A DNA stretch of 64,000 nt from positions 50,823 to 114,822 of the forward strand of contig CALXTR010000003.1 in assembly GCA_944391475.1 (NCBI GenBank), given 5' to 3'. Numbering within the stretch: position 1 is the stretch's first letter; each line of letters begins with the position of its first letter. The notes under the pieces are model-generated. The model saw nothing but the letters and a program-made list of their open reading frames with translations, was not told the origin of the DNA and searched no databases. The position numbers and the translations under genes were made by a program. Shown piece by piece: positions 29,518 to 39,912 of the stretch. This DNA comes from an uncultured Alphaproteobacteria bacterium (GTDB lineage: Bacteria > Pseudomonadota > Alphaproteobacteria > RF32 > CAG-239).

Positions 29518-29546
29518 CTTGGTGCGGAGTTTTTTTGTGCCCGAAA
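29518..29546 (+). terminator. Rho-independent terminator after the SDR gene
   Basis: aaaactccgcttggtgcggagttttttt. Confidence 0.75.
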
Positions 29547-29576
29547 AATCCGCTTGCAAATTTTACGAGATAGGAT

Positions 29577-30050
29577 AAGCTAAAACTGCACTCGGGAGAG
29601 CCGAGTGCGGAGTGTAGTAACTCCTTGGTCAGAAAAGAACAACTCCTTTAATGGGGAGCTGGGGAAATAAGGCTATGCACGAATAACCCAGACTGTTTCT
29701 GTGTACAGTTTGGCCCCTAAATCCCCCTTAAAAATATATTTTAGTTTAGCTAGAAAAAGATAGATGCGAGCAAAATGGTGTAGCGGATAGTTCTTCATAT
29801 CCGCAAAGCATTTTACGAAGCAGATGCTTTTTATAGCTAAATCCGCAGGACAAGCCTCCAATCATCATCCTACTTGCCATTTTTCTTGGTGTTAGCAATA
29901 AGTAGCACCTGCGAAAAATGCCTGCGTATTATAATGATTGGGCGGCTTGCTAAAATATGTCTTTAAGGGAGATTTAGGGGCATCCTCCCCACCTTGATTT
30001 GTTGTCAAGGTGGTTTCTTTTTAACCGGAAACCTAAAGGGAGTTTAGAAC
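29577..30050 (+). promoter_or_regulatory. Structured leader of XRE module copy 1: conserved 5' hairpins and a terminator-like hairpin plus T-run immediately upstream of the RBS. It carries a nested MITE-like insert.
   Basis: Conserved gcactcgggagagccgagtgcggagt hairpin, ctcctttaatggggagc, and ccaccttgatttgttgtcaaggtgg followed by tttcttttt, 20 nt before the RBS. Homologous to 44170-44368. Confidence 0.45.
29714..29980. mobile_element. MITE-like 267-bp insertion with 19-bp terminal inverted repeats inside the leader; absent from the paralogous module
   Basis: Terminal inverted repeats cccctaaatcccccttaaa at 29714 and tttaagggagatttagggg at 29962 (18 of 19). Internal hairpins. No ORF. Confidence 0.45.
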
Positions 30051-30299
30051 ATGGGTCATCATCGTAACCGTATTAAATCTTGGCGAGAATGCCGCCAAGA
30101 AATTGGCGAAAAAATTAAGGAAATGCGATTAGAGTTGGATTTACCACCCGAAACCGCCGCCGAAATTTTGCGTATCGGCACCAATCATTTGCTTTGTTTA
30201 GAAAATGGCGATATCCGCAAAATGGAAATTTCTTATCTCCATTCTATAGCTTATAAATATCACTATAAGTTAAAAATCAGTTTTGAGAAAAAAACATAA
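30051..30299 (+). CDS. XRE-family helix-turn-helix protein (82 aa), paralog 1
   Basis: HTH LDLPPETAAEILRIGTNHLLCLENG. RBS AAAGGGAG. Roughly 70% identical to the 44369-44614 product. Confidence 0.7.
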   Translation: MGHHRNRIKSWRECRQEIGEKIKEMRLELDLPPETAAEILRIGTNHLLCLENGDIRKMEISYLHSIAYKYHYKLKISFEKKT

Positions 30300-30477
30300 C
30301 GTAAGCAAAAAGAGTTATTCCTCAATTGCTTTAGCAATATTTAAAGTCATCCCTCGTTTTTCGGAGAAAAACGTCCAGGGATCTTCGAATTTGTAAATAA
30401 AAAAACAACCTTCCGATTATTAAAAACTAACTCGAAGACCCCTTAACGACTACTAACGTAGTCGAGGGGTGACATTA
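30300..30477 (+). repeat. Conserved hairpin pair downstream of the XRE gene (copy 1)
   Basis: tcatccctcgtttttcggagaaaaacgtccagggatcttc and ccccttaacgactactaacgtagtcgaggggtgac are nearly identical to 44615-44729. Confidence 0.6.
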
Positions 30478-30748
30478 TCTAGACGAGCTTTAAGTAAAAG
30501 GTCGGATAGTGAGGGGAATAATAAGATTTCAGAGTGGCGGCGACTGAGTGTATAAAGAAATACACGGGTTCGAGCCGCCAGCTCGCAAAATCTGTATTAG
30601 TCACCCGCTAGACGAGCTTTAAAGTTCGGAGAATGAGTCGTATAGAGTAATTTCTAGGAGCGAAACAAACCCTAGCGTAGATAGACCTACGTGGGTTTGT
30701 TGAGTTCTCCGTAAAATTGCTCTATACGACCATTATACGAACTTTAAG
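30478..30748. repeat. Block of about 125 bp palindromic repeat units (module 1 tail), abutting the ftsH stop codon
   Basis: Units begin with ctagacgagcttta and contain the hairpins gtgtataaagaaatacac and cgtagatagacctacg. Ends with ccattatacgaactttaag. Confidence 0.8.
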
Positions 30749-32614
30749 TTAGAGTTCGGGGACAGAAGAATGCGTCCTCCTCTCTTCAGCTACCGGAACA
30801 TCTTCGCTGCGCTCCAACTTCTCGCCTTTGACCACTTGCTTGATTTCATCACCGGTCAGGGTTTCATATTCAATCAAGGCTTCGGCCAAAAGTTCCCATT
30901 CTTTGCGTTTGTCTTGCAAAATTTGCTTGGCTTCATTATAACCCGACATCACCAAGGACTTGATTTCGGCATCAACCAAACGGGCCGTATCTTCACTCAT
31001 ATTTTTGTTTTGAGTAACCGACTTGCCTAAAAATACTTCGCCCGAATTTTCGGCATACAACACCGGACCAAGCAAATCGCTCATTCCCCATTCGGTCACC
31101 ATAGAGCGCGCCAAGTTGGTTGCCGCCGCAATATCCGAAGAAGCCCCGCTGGTCACATCATCTGCCCCAAACTTGATTTCTTCTGCCACGCGTCCACCCA
31201 TCATAATTGCCAAGCGCGATTTCATTTTCTGCTTAGAATAAGAATATTGGTCTTTTTCGGGCAGTTGTTGCACCATACCCAAAGCCCGTCCCCGCGGGAT
31301 AATCGTTGCTTTGTGAATGGGGTCGGTTTCTTTAACATATAGCGAGCAAATCGCATGTCCGGCCTCGTGATAAGCGGTGAGTTGCTTTTCTTTCTCGTCC
31401 ATCGCCATTGACTTGCGCTCTGAGCCCATCATCACTTTATCTTTAGCTTCATCAAAGTCCTTAGAAGTAACTTTGTGCTTGTTTTTGCGCGCTGCTAATA
31501 AGGCGGCCTCGTTCACCAAGTTGGCCAAATCTGCCCCCGAAAACCCCGGAGTACCCCGAGCAATTACCGACAAATTAACATCTTTGGCTAGCGGCACTTT
31601 TTTGACATGAACTTTCAAGATTTCTTCTCGACCTTTTTTGTCCGGATTAGAAACCACCACCTGACGGTCAAAACGCCCCGGACGCAACAAAGCCGGATCC
31701 AAAACATCGGGACGGTTGGTTGCCGCAATCAAAATCACATTTTCATTGTCTTCAAAACCATCCATCTCCACCAACAATTGGTTTAAGGTCTGTTCGCGTT
31801 CATCATTACCACCGCCGAGTCCGGCTCCACGATGACGTCCCACCGCATCAATTTCATCAATAAACAACAGGCAAGGAGCATTTTTCTTGGCTTGAGCAAA
31901 CATATCCCGCACTCGCGAGGCACCCACACCCACAAACATCTCCACAAAATCTGAACCCGAAATTGAAAAGAACGGTACATTAGCCTCACCGGCTACTGCT
32001 TTGGCAATTAGGGTTTTACCGGTTCCCGGAGGTCCGACCAGCAACACGCCTTTAGGGATTTTGCCGCCCAAACGCTGAAATTTTGATGGTTCTTTCAAAA
32101 AGTCGATTACCTCTTCAAGCTCTTGTTTGGCCTCATCGGCTCCGGCCACATCTGCAAAAGTAACTTTTTTAGTATTTTCAATCAACCGCGCGCGTGATTT
32201 TCCAAAACTCATGGCTTTGTTGTTGCCTGAGCTTGCCTGACGCATAAAGAAAATCCACACCCCGATTAGCAAAATCATCGGGAACCAAGAAATCAGCACT
32301 CCCCAAAACGTATTAGCCGAAGTGTCTTCCGGACGAGCCTCCACTTTTGCTCCGCTGGAACGCAAGGTTTCAATCATGGTCGGGTCATATGGGGCATAAG
32401 TACTAAACTTGGTACCATCGGTTGCCGTACCCATAATATTTGCCCCCTCAATCATCACCTCGCTGATTTGCTTATTTTCGGCTTTACTCATAAAGTCCGA
32501 AAAAGCAATTGTCTGATAACCACGACTTTGCGGATTATTGCTAAACATATTCATAATTGCAGAAAGCAGCACGATTGCCACCAGCCAAATAATGATACTT
32601 TTTCCTGATTTCAT
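30749..32614 (-). CDS. ftsH: ATP-dependent zinc metalloprotease FtsH
   Basis: Two N-terminal TM segments, AAA+ Walker [12 protein letters not shown], and the HEAGHA zinc motif. Confidence 0.95.
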   Translation of the reverse strand: MKSGKSIIIWLVAIVLLSAIMNMFSNNPQSRGYQTIAFSDFMSKAENKQISEVMIEGANIMGTATDGTKFSTYAPYDPTMIETLRSSGAKVEARPEDTSANTFWGVLISWFPMILLIGVWIFFMRQASSGNNKAMSFGKSRARLIENTKKVTFADVAGADEAKQELEEVIDFLKEPSKFQRLGGKIPKGVLLVGPPGTGKTLIAKAVAGEANVPFFSISGSDFVEMFVGVGASRVRDMFAQAKKNAPCLLFIDEIDAVGRHRGAGLGGGNDEREQTLNQLLVEMDGFEDNENVILIAATNRPDVLDPALLRPGRFDRQVVVSNPDKKGREEILKVHVKKVPLAKDVNLSVIARGTPGFSGADLANLVNEAALLAARKNKHKVTSKDFDEAKDKVMMGSERKSMAMDEKEKQLTAYHEAGHAICSLYVKETDPIHKATIIPRGRALGMVQQLPEKDQYSYSKQKMKSRLAIMMGGRVAEEIKFGADDVTSGASSDIAAATNLARSMVTEWGMSDLLGPVLYAENSGEVFLGKSVTQNKNMSEDTARLVDAEIKSLVMSGYNEAKQILQDKRKEWELLAEALIEYETLTGDEIKQVVKGEKLERSEDVPVAEERRTHSSVPEL

Positions 32615-32706
32615 TCCATTTCCTCTAAAGATTTTGTTCTTTATATAGATATAGAGTCAAATCCCCCAAAACACAATAGCGATTTTCAACTTAGGCCACC
32701 AAAAAA

Positions 32707-32735
32707 CTGCCGTTGATATAAGCGGCAGTTTTTTT
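32707..32735 (-). terminator. Intrinsic terminator after trxA (end of the addB-addA-trxA unit)
   Basis: ctgccgttgatataagcggcag flanked by an A-run and a T-run; bidirectional capable. Confidence 0.7.
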
Positions 32736-32759
32736 GAGTTAAGTAATTGAGGTTAAAAC

Positions 32760-33074
32760 TTAGCAGTATTGATTAATCCAAGCTTCCAAAGTGGCCTTAG
32801 AGTTCAGACCTACTTTCGTATCCACCTGTTTACCGTCTTTAAATAAGAACATAGTCGGGATACTACGGATACCAAACTGAGCAGCCGTATTTGGAGCTTC
32901 ATCAACATTCATTTTGCAAATTTTGATTTTATCGCCCATAGATTTGGAAACTTCTTCCAAAATGGGGCCCAACTGGCGGCAAGGTCCGCACCATTCTGCC
33001 CAAAAGTCGACCAACACCAAACCTTTAGACTTCAAAACCTCGGATTCGAACTGGCTGTCATTGATAGATTGCAT
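32760..33074 (-). CDS. trxA: Thioredoxin
   Basis: Active site WCGPC (VDFWAEWCGPCRQ), 104 aa. Confidence 0.95.
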   Translation of the reverse strand: MQSINDSQFESEVLKSKGLVLVDFWAEWCGPCRQLGPILEEVSKSMGDKIKICKMNVDEAPNTAAQFGIRSIPTMFLFKDGKQVDTKVGLNSKATLEAWINQYC

Positions 33075-33166
33075 GATATATTCCTTTCTTGTCTGAGTAA
33101 TCGCGTTTCTTCTAATATAGTGTATAATTTTGTGAGATTAAAGAGGAATTGTTACAAAAATGCATT

Positions 33167-36100
33167 TTATTCCACCCGCATCAAATTTGCCGTATCGGTC
33201 CACAAAATAAAAGTCGAGATTTTCTTGCCCGGATATACCTCCGATAATAAAGATTTATAAGCCTTTAGCTGACTGATATAAGCTTTTGGCACTTCGCTAA
33301 GCGAACTTGCCGCCGGACGGTTAGTCTTATAATCTACCACCATCACCTCACTTGGCATCACCACCAAACGATCCACCTGACCGGAAATAATTTTGCCATC
33401 AGCTAATCCCATAATCGGCACTTCGGCCTGAGATTGTGGTGAAAACAGTGGAGCAAATTCCGGATTTTCAATTAGCTCTGCCACTTCCTCGCAGATTCGC
33501 TCTTGTTCAGACTGAGGCAGCTCTGCCGCATTTTTCGCCACAAACTCACGCATCAGTTCTCGCTTGTTCTCATCTCCGGCTAGCGGCACAAATTGCAGCA
33601 ATTTGTGAATAATCAAACCGCGCCGATATCGATTCGCTTCTTTTTTGCCGAGTGGCGAAAACAGTGCCGGCTCATCTTCTTCCATTTTCGAAGGCGCTAA
33701 CGGCCGCGCTAAAGCACCTTCTTCGGGCGCCGACTGATAAATCCAATCAAATTCAGGGCGGGTCAATTCTTGGACTATTGGAATTTTTTTGCTTTCAGGT
33801 TCAATTTGTTGCTCGGAGCAATAATTAATTGCGCCGCTATCATCACTCTGCCCAATACTGCTAAGAGATTCTTTACAAATCTCATACCAAGATTCCGCAC
33901 TGGGTTTACTTTTTTGGCTCTTGTAATAACCGCAAATGCATAACCTATCCTCGGCACGGGTCAAAGCAACATATAACAAGCGCCGATATTCTTCTAAAGT
34001 GGCAACTTTTTCAGCTTGTTTAATTTTCTTGCAGTTGCTTTCATAATCTTTGGAAGATAGAGGATAATAAAACACCTCATCCCACAACATATCAGATTCG
34101 TTTTTAACTTGAGGCACTCTGACCGTATCTGGCAAAATCACCACCGGCGCTTGCAAACCTTTGGAGCCATGCACCGTCATTACCCGAACTGCATCGGCAT
34201 CGCTTTGTTCCAACTCCCGTTTGATTTCCACTTCATCTTTGGACATCCAATCCACAAATCCTTGCAAATCTGGAATATGCTCTTGCTCAAAATTAAGCGT
34301 AAGGTTCACAAACTCGTCCAAACCATCTTCAGCCTCGGGTCCCAAACGCGAGACAAATTTTTTCCGCCCCTCAAGCTTACTCAACACATGGGCATATAGC
34401 TCAAACGGACGCACTTTTTCCGCTAAAGAACATAAATCTGCCAAACAGCTATATTCTTGAGCGTATTTGGGATTAGAACCCAAACTGCTCCAGAGCGAAA
34501 CTCCTTTTTCCCGCGGGTAGCACAAATCAAACAAATCATCATCATCAAGCCCAAACAATGGCGATTTCAGAACTTCGGCCAAAGAAAGGTCATCACTTGG
34601 CAACAACAAAAATTTTCCAAGCGAAACCAAATCTTGCACCGCAATTTGTTCCGAGAGTTTGATTTTATCAACACCGGCAATTGCCACTCCGGCATTTTTG
34701 CAAGCCCGCACCAGCTCTTCCACAAAACTGTTGCGCCGCTGTACCAAAATCATAAAATCGCGATACCGCAACGGACGATTTTGCGATAGTAAAATTTCGC
34801 CGCCTTCCACCAAATTACGAATTTTTAACGCAATTTCTTTAGCCAAACGCGAACTGGTAGATTCGGCCACCACTCTTTCAACCGGAGGCTGCCACACATC
34901 TGGATTTTCGCCGTCTTGCGGCTCGGTTAGAGGCCAAAATTCAATTTTCCCGGCATCACCGATTCGAAACGGGATATGCGTAATATCTTCACTTTCTTCC
35001 GCCACTCCGGGTTTATATTGCGGATTCGAAAACACCACATTAACTGCATCTAACACCGCCGAGGTAGAGCGGAAAGAAACTTCCAAATTCACCTCATCAA
35101 AAGTATCACTTTCCGCTAAGATTTCGGCAAAATACTTTCGCATCCGCTCAAATTCTTTGGGCTCTGCACCTTGAAAACTATAGATAGATTGCTTTTTATC
35201 ACCCACCGCAAAGACCGTGCGTCGTTTTTCTCCGGCTCCGATATCATCAAAGAACCCCGCACTCAAAGCCTTGACAATTGCCCACTGATCCGGAGAGGTA
35301 TCTTGTGCCTCATCAATTAAGATATTATCAATACCGCCATCAAGCTTAAACATCACCCACTGCGGCACTTGCGGACTATCCAAAAGTTTGCGGGTCAGCA
35401 CAATCAAATCCTCATAATCGAGCTTTGAATGCTGCGCCTTAAATTGGTTATATCCGCCAATCAAATCTTCTGCCAAATACAACACTGCTTTAGTCGATTC
35501 GAGCAAATGAACTGCTGTAAGTTTATCATAAAGCTGTTGCAAACGAACTGCCTCCGCTAGCGCCACCTCAGGCAACTCGGGATAAAAAGCCACTGCATCT
35601 TTAGTTCCGAAACGCGCCGGAAGTTCGTTTCCTTTGTTCAAAAAGCACTGTCGATATGCCTCCAAATTATCCGCCACAGCTCTGGTTTCAAGCAACTTAA
35701 ATATGGTTTCGGCTTTCGCATTATCGGTCTTTGCCCCATGTTGCCAAGCCTCCGCCAAATTGCGCAAAATGTTCCAATCAATCTGGCTGACAAATTCACC
35801 AATCAACTCTTCTTCCGTGCTGGTTGGTGAGATTCCCATACGGTAAGCCAACTCATTTATGACGGCATCAGGAGTTTTATATTTAGCAAACATCCGCGAA
35901 ATTTTGTTGCGCGAGTTAGCAATCGCACTCATAATTTTCGGAAAAGAAAATTCACTCACCTTTCCGGTTAAAAACGACATTGCCTGCGCCGCCCGACTTT
36001 GCGGATTGTTCTCAATTTCAGCCAGCAACTTGCCGCGCACCTCATCTAATGCCTCTGCGGCCAAACGATCATCCATCACCTCAAAATAAGGCGAGATATG

Positions 36101-36559
36101 AGCTTCAATCGGAAATCGTTTCAAAATTTCCTGGCAAAAACTATGAATGGTCTGAATTTTCATTCCGCCCGGAGTGTCTAACAAAACTGCAAACAAACGT
36201 CTGGCCTTGTCTTCCAACTGGGCTAAATCTTGCGGATTGTCGGGTAAATCTCCCAGCAGCTTTTTCAGTTCTTTATCAAGCTTTTCGGTCGGCATCACCG
36301 CCCAAGCACTTAAACGAGCCGAAATACGCTGACTCATTTCCACCGCCGCCGCTTTGGTATAAGTCAAACACAAAATCCGCCCCGGCAAACAACCACTAAG
36401 CAAAATCCGCAAAACCCTATCAGAGAGCACTTTGGTTTTTCCGGTTCCGGCCGATGCCTGCACCCATACCGATTTTTGCGGATTTGAGGCTTTGCGCTGT
36501 TGTGCGGTCGCCAGTTCTCCACGTTTTTCTCGGCTTTGTTTAATTGTTGCTTGCTCCAT
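33167..36559 (-). CDS. addA: Double-strand break repair helicase-nuclease AddA (alphaproteobacterial type)
   Basis: UvrD-like motifs (ASAGTGKT Walker A, DEAQDTS), a C-terminal PD-(D/E)XK nuclease, and the conserved addB-addA-trxA synteny. Confidence 0.9.
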   Translation of the reverse strand: MEQATIKQSREKRGELATAQQRKASNPQKSVWVQASAGTGKTKVLSDRVLRILLSGCLPGRILCLTYTKAAAVEMSQRISARLSAWAVMPTEKLDKELKKLLGDLPDNPQDLAQLEDKARRLFAVLLDTPGGMKIQTIHSFCQEILKRFPIEAHISPYFEVMDDRLAAEALDEVRGKLLAEIENNPQSRAAQAMSFLTGKVSEFSFPKIMSAIANSRNKISRMFAKYKTPDAVINELAYRMGISPTSTEEELIGEFVSQIDWNILRNLAEAWQHGAKTDNAKAETIFKLLETRAVADNLEAYRQCFLNKGNELPARFGTKDAVAFYPELPEVALAEAVRLQQLYDKLTAVHLLESTKAVLYLAEDLIGGYNQFKAQHSKLDYEDLIVLTRKLLDSPQVPQWVMFKLDGGIDNILIDEAQDTSPDQWAIVKALSAGFFDDIGAGEKRRTVFAVGDKKQSIYSFQGAEPKEFERMRKYFAEILAESDTFDEVNLEVSFRSTSAVLDAVNVVFSNPQYKPGVAEESEDITHIPFRIGDAGKIEFWPLTEPQDGENPDVWQPPVERVVAESTSSRLAKEIALKIRNLVEGGEILLSQNRPLRYRDFMILVQRRNSFVEELVRACKNAGVAIAGVDKIKLSEQIAVQDLVSLGKFLLLPSDDLSLAEVLKSPLFGLDDDDLFDLCYPREKGVSLWSSLGSNPKYAQEYSCLADLCSLAEKVRPFELYAHVLSKLEGRKKFVSRLGPEAEDGLDEFVNLTLNFEQEHIPDLQGFVDWMSKDEVEIKRELEQSDADAVRVMTVHGSKGLQAPVVILPDTVRVPQVKNESDMLWDEVFYYPLSSKDYESNCKKIKQAEKVATLEEYRRLLYVALTRAEDRLCICGYYKSQKSKPSAESWYEICKESLSSIGQSDDSGAINYCSEQQIEPESKKIPIVQELTRPEFDWIYQSAPEEGALARPLAPSKMEEDEPALFSPLGKKEANRYRRGLIIHKLLQFVPLAGDENKRELMREFVAKNAAELPQSEQERICEEVAELIENPEFAPLFSPQSQAEVPIMGLADGKIISGQVDRLVVMPSEVMVVDYKTNRPAASSLSEVPKAYISQLKAYKSLLSEVYPGKKISTFILWTDTANLMRVE

Positions 36560-36564
36560 TAGTA

Positions 36565-39447
36565 CTAACTCTCACTCTCATCAGCCACAACCGACCATTC
36601 TCTCACCCGCGCCAAATGCTCATAATCCGAATATTCCGGCAACCGCTTTGGATTCGGCTGACAAACATAAGGCGTAGTTTCAAATTCAAATAAATTAACC
36701 AGCTTTTGCAACCGCTCATAAGTGTTATCAAGTAGTTGGTTCATGTCTTTCTCAATAATGGTTTCTTGCTTGGCTAACTGCCAGTAAATCAGTTTATCCA
36801 CTTCTCGGGCATTAAGCTTGCCAAATCCACCGCTCCGCGCAATCAAGCCCTCAATCGGCAATTGGGGCGCATATCCGGCTCTGACCTCGGTTTCTTTGCG
36901 GGCTTTTCCGGTTTTATAATCAATAATGTTATATTTTCCATCTATGGTTTCGTCAACCCGATCGGCAATTGCCGTAACCTTAAAACCGCGCGGCGTCTCA
37001 ATTTCTACTTCCCCGCGCACTTCATTATGCACTTGTGCCACATTCGAACGATAAGTTTTTTCTTGTTCCAAAATCCAGTCAATGCTTTTTATAAAATTCG
37101 GCCACCAAAAAGCTTTGGTTTCTGAGGCAATCTGATTTTGATTAAAATAAACCTCACCAAGTTTAATCAGCTCCTCGCGAGCATTATCCGGCAGTTGTTT
37201 AGGATATTTGTTGTTAAACTGTTGTAAAATAGCATGAATGATTGTTCCGTAATCAGCCGGTGTCAATTCACGGTCCAGTTCATCTAGTGGTTTGAGGTTG
37301 AGAATATATTTTGCAAAAATCGCATAAGGATCACGCATCCACATCTCAATTGCACTGGCCGAAAGTTCTCGCGGACGAGCTTCAAGCGGCGGCATCGGCT
37401 GAGGCGGATTAATCGGCACAACCCTTTGCGGCCGATCCAAATGCTTGGCCCACAAACGATACACCGCATTTTCCAAACTTTGCGGCTCAATGTTAAGTGC
37501 TTTTAAGACTGTTTCCAAACGCAGCCACCAGCGCGATTTTACCATCGGCGTCCCTTGCACTCTCTCGGCTCTGGTCAAATAGACTTCCTCTCCGGCCAAG
37601 AGCTGACTAAAATCAAAAGCATTAACCCCAATCTCTCGCTCCGGTAACGGAAAACCGAAATCTTTCTTCATCGGGCGCGACATCCACGGGTCAGAACCGG
37701 CTGCTTTCGGCCAAATTCCTTCATTTACTTCACCTATAATCGTTACATCAAAATGGTTTAAGCGCGCCTCAATCGGCCCCAAAATCTTTAACCGCGGATG
37801 CATACCAAATTTCGGCCGTACATTTATCGAAATCATCAAAGTTTCGAGCAAACCGGCATATTCTTGCGGGTTAATCTCGCCCAAGACCTCCGCTTGCTCA
37901 TCTAAATCAGCCACCAAACGGGCTGCTGCTTCTCCGTCATCTCCGCCCCACAAAATCTGCGCTCCGTCTTTTCCCGGACGCGAGACCAGTTTTTCAGCTG
38001 TTTTAATATGACAGGTCAGTAGTTCCTTGAAATCCACTTTGCTTTGCGATAACAACAAAGCCAAATCGGCCAAAATAGCTTGTGCAGATACTTCAAATTG
38101 GGATAATTGCTCATCATCTTGCCCTCGCCGCCACACATTTTTCTCCAAACGGCGTATAAGCTGACGCACTTCACCATATTCTTGCCCCATACAACAAAGC
38201 GGATTTTTCCAAAGCTCGGCCAAATGTAATTTTTTATCCGCTGTCGCCGCTTGCACAATCTGCCGCAAAAAGATACCCACTCCCGAAAGCGCCAAAGGTT
38301 TTCCGGCCGAATCATCAACTTGGACATTCCAGCGCTCCAGCTCATTTGCCACTCGTCGAGCCAAATTTCTGTCTTGGGTTACCAAAGCCGCCGTCTTGCC
38401 TTCTTCTTCCAAGGTTTCGCGCATAATAAGGGCAATTGCTAAAGCTTCTTCTCTGATATCGGCACAGTTAATCAGATTGATTCCGCCCCAAGCCTGCGGC
38501 GAAAAACTCTGGCTTGGAAGCTCACGCCATTTTTCGCTTGAGAGAGCCGGACGCATCACCTCTGCAATAAACCTTTCCGCTTCTAGATTCGCCGCCGGAC
38601 ATAAATCTTGAACTTCATAGCGATTAATCTCAAGATAATCCAGCAGTTCTTTAAGCTCAAATTGAGGATGAGTTTCATCAACCATCTGCCAATCCTCATC
38701 ACTCAAAAACTTGTCTAAGCCCGCCAAATAAAGTTCGCCGTTTTCAAGCCCCAATACGGTCGCCACCAATTTTTTCATCGCCGGAAAGGCGGCCGTTGTT
38801 CCCGCAATCACGATTCGCCCTTGAGGTCGATTTTGTTGCCAAATCTCGCTTTGTGCTTCAAGTAGACGGTTGCGGCGCAAACTGGCATCAATCAGTTGGC
38901 GCTCTTCTAAAATCTGCGGCCAAAAATGAGTAATGATTTTGAGAAATTTCAGAGTATCTTGCCAGTGAGCGGCATAATCTTCAGGTACCAAATTTTCTAA
39001 GTTATCAAAACTGAGCTGTTTGTTATTGACCATATCAATCAAACCGCCCAGCTCTTGAGCCAAAGCACAAGCCTGCGCCAAAGACATTTTCTCCACCCCA
39101 AACTCTGCGGGCTTTGCCATGATAATCCGCACAAACAACAGCAAACGCTCGGTTGTCCCAATTGCCGGATACATACCGCTCAGCAATTCACGTGCATTTC
39201 CACCGGTTAGGAATAGTTCTTCGTCTTCCACCTCCCCGATTGGCATCATCTTAGGCAAGAGCATCGGGGTCAAACCCCGCAAACGCACAAAAGCTTCTTT
39301 CATACTTCGCACCGCCCGACGATTCGGCAGCAGCAACAACACCTTAGAAAGCTCCGGCAAATCGGACTGATATTCTTCCAGCAAATGCTCGGCTAAAGTT
39401 TCGGAAAACCCCAAAGAAGAAGGTATATTATAAATTTTTTTGCTCAT
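36565..39447 (-). CDS. addB: Double-strand break repair protein AddB
   Basis: 960 aa partner immediately upstream of addA with a 5-nt gap. It has a degenerate helicase-like N-terminus and a C-terminal nuclease-like region. Confidence 0.8.
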   Translation of the reverse strand: MSKKIYNIPSSLGFSETLAEHLLEEYQSDLPELSKVLLLLPNRRAVRSMKEAFVRLRGLTPMLLPKMMPIGEVEDEELFLTGGNARELLSGMYPAIGTTERLLLFVRIIMAKPAEFGVEKMSLAQACALAQELGGLIDMVNNKQLSFDNLENLVPEDYAAHWQDTLKFLKIITHFWPQILEERQLIDASLRRNRLLEAQSEIWQQNRPQGRIVIAGTTAAFPAMKKLVATVLGLENGELYLAGLDKFLSDEDWQMVDETHPQFELKELLDYLEINRYEVQDLCPAANLEAERFIAEVMRPALSSEKWRELPSQSFSPQAWGGINLINCADIREEALAIALIMRETLEEEGKTAALVTQDRNLARRVANELERWNVQVDDSAGKPLALSGVGIFLRQIVQAATADKKLHLAELWKNPLCCMGQEYGEVRQLIRRLEKNVWRRGQDDEQLSQFEVSAQAILADLALLLSQSKVDFKELLTCHIKTAEKLVSRPGKDGAQILWGGDDGEAAARLVADLDEQAEVLGEINPQEYAGLLETLMISINVRPKFGMHPRLKILGPIEARLNHFDVTIIGEVNEGIWPKAAGSDPWMSRPMKKDFGFPLPEREIGVNAFDFSQLLAGEEVYLTRAERVQGTPMVKSRWWLRLETVLKALNIEPQSLENAVYRLWAKHLDRPQRVVPINPPQPMPPLEARPRELSASAIEMWMRDPYAIFAKYILNLKPLDELDRELTPADYGTIIHAILQQFNNKYPKQLPDNAREELIKLGEVYFNQNQIASETKAFWWPNFIKSIDWILEQEKTYRSNVAQVHNEVRGEVEIETPRGFKVTAIADRVDETIDGKYNIIDYKTGKARKETEVRAGYAPQLPIEGLIARSGGFGKLNAREVDKLIYWQLAKQETIIEKDMNQLLDNTYERLQKLVNLFEFETTPYVCQPNPKRLPEYSDYEHLARVREWSVVADESES

Positions 39448-39520
39448 AACGCGAGTTTAAAACAATCTTTACATTAGTCAACAAAAAAGGTCTTCCGCCA
39501 CAGCAGAAAACCTTTCTTTA

Positions 39521-39865
39521 TTAAAGAGGCAAAATTGCCCAAATGAACTTAAACGGCAAGACCATAAATTTCTTACCATGAATCGTTTCAACAACCACAT
39601 ATTCGGTCAAACCCAAATTGCAGTTAGCCACCACAATTTCTTTTTTGCGCACCGACCTTGATGCCACCCGACAACCATAACGTAATTTTTTAGCCACATT
39701 TTCGACTGAAAAATTTTCATCTTCACCATTATCGGTTTGTGGTTTTAAACAGCCCCATAATCGTACGCTTATATGATTAGACCAAGGATAACTACACAAA
39801 GAGACATTATCCATCAAGTCGGCAGGTTGCGGCGGGCGAAAACCATCTAAACATTTCTGCTCCAT
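39521..39865 (-). CDS. Hypothetical protein (114 aa)
   Basis: Clean ORF upstream of addB. I recognise no family. Confidence 0.4.
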   Translation of the reverse strand: MEQKCLDGFRPPQPADLMDNVSLCSYPWSNHISVRLWGCLKPQTDNGEDENFSVENVAKKLRYGCRVASRSVRKKEIVVANCNLGLTEYVVVETIHGKKFMVLPFKFIWAILPL

Positions 39866-39912
39866 ACCTAATAATTTTAAAATAGTTACTATAATCAGTT
39901 ATAAAAAAACTC

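Noticed and set aside
29673-29861. 62-aa minus-strand ORF inside the copy-1 leader and MITE
   Set aside because: It lies inside the MITE-like insertion, has no RBS, is absent from module 2, and is low-complexity. Likely spurious.
33775-39370. Numerous short ORFs on both strands within addA and addB
   Set aside because: Stop-free stretches in long GC-balanced genes. AddA and AddB are supported by helicase and nuclease motifs and by synteny.
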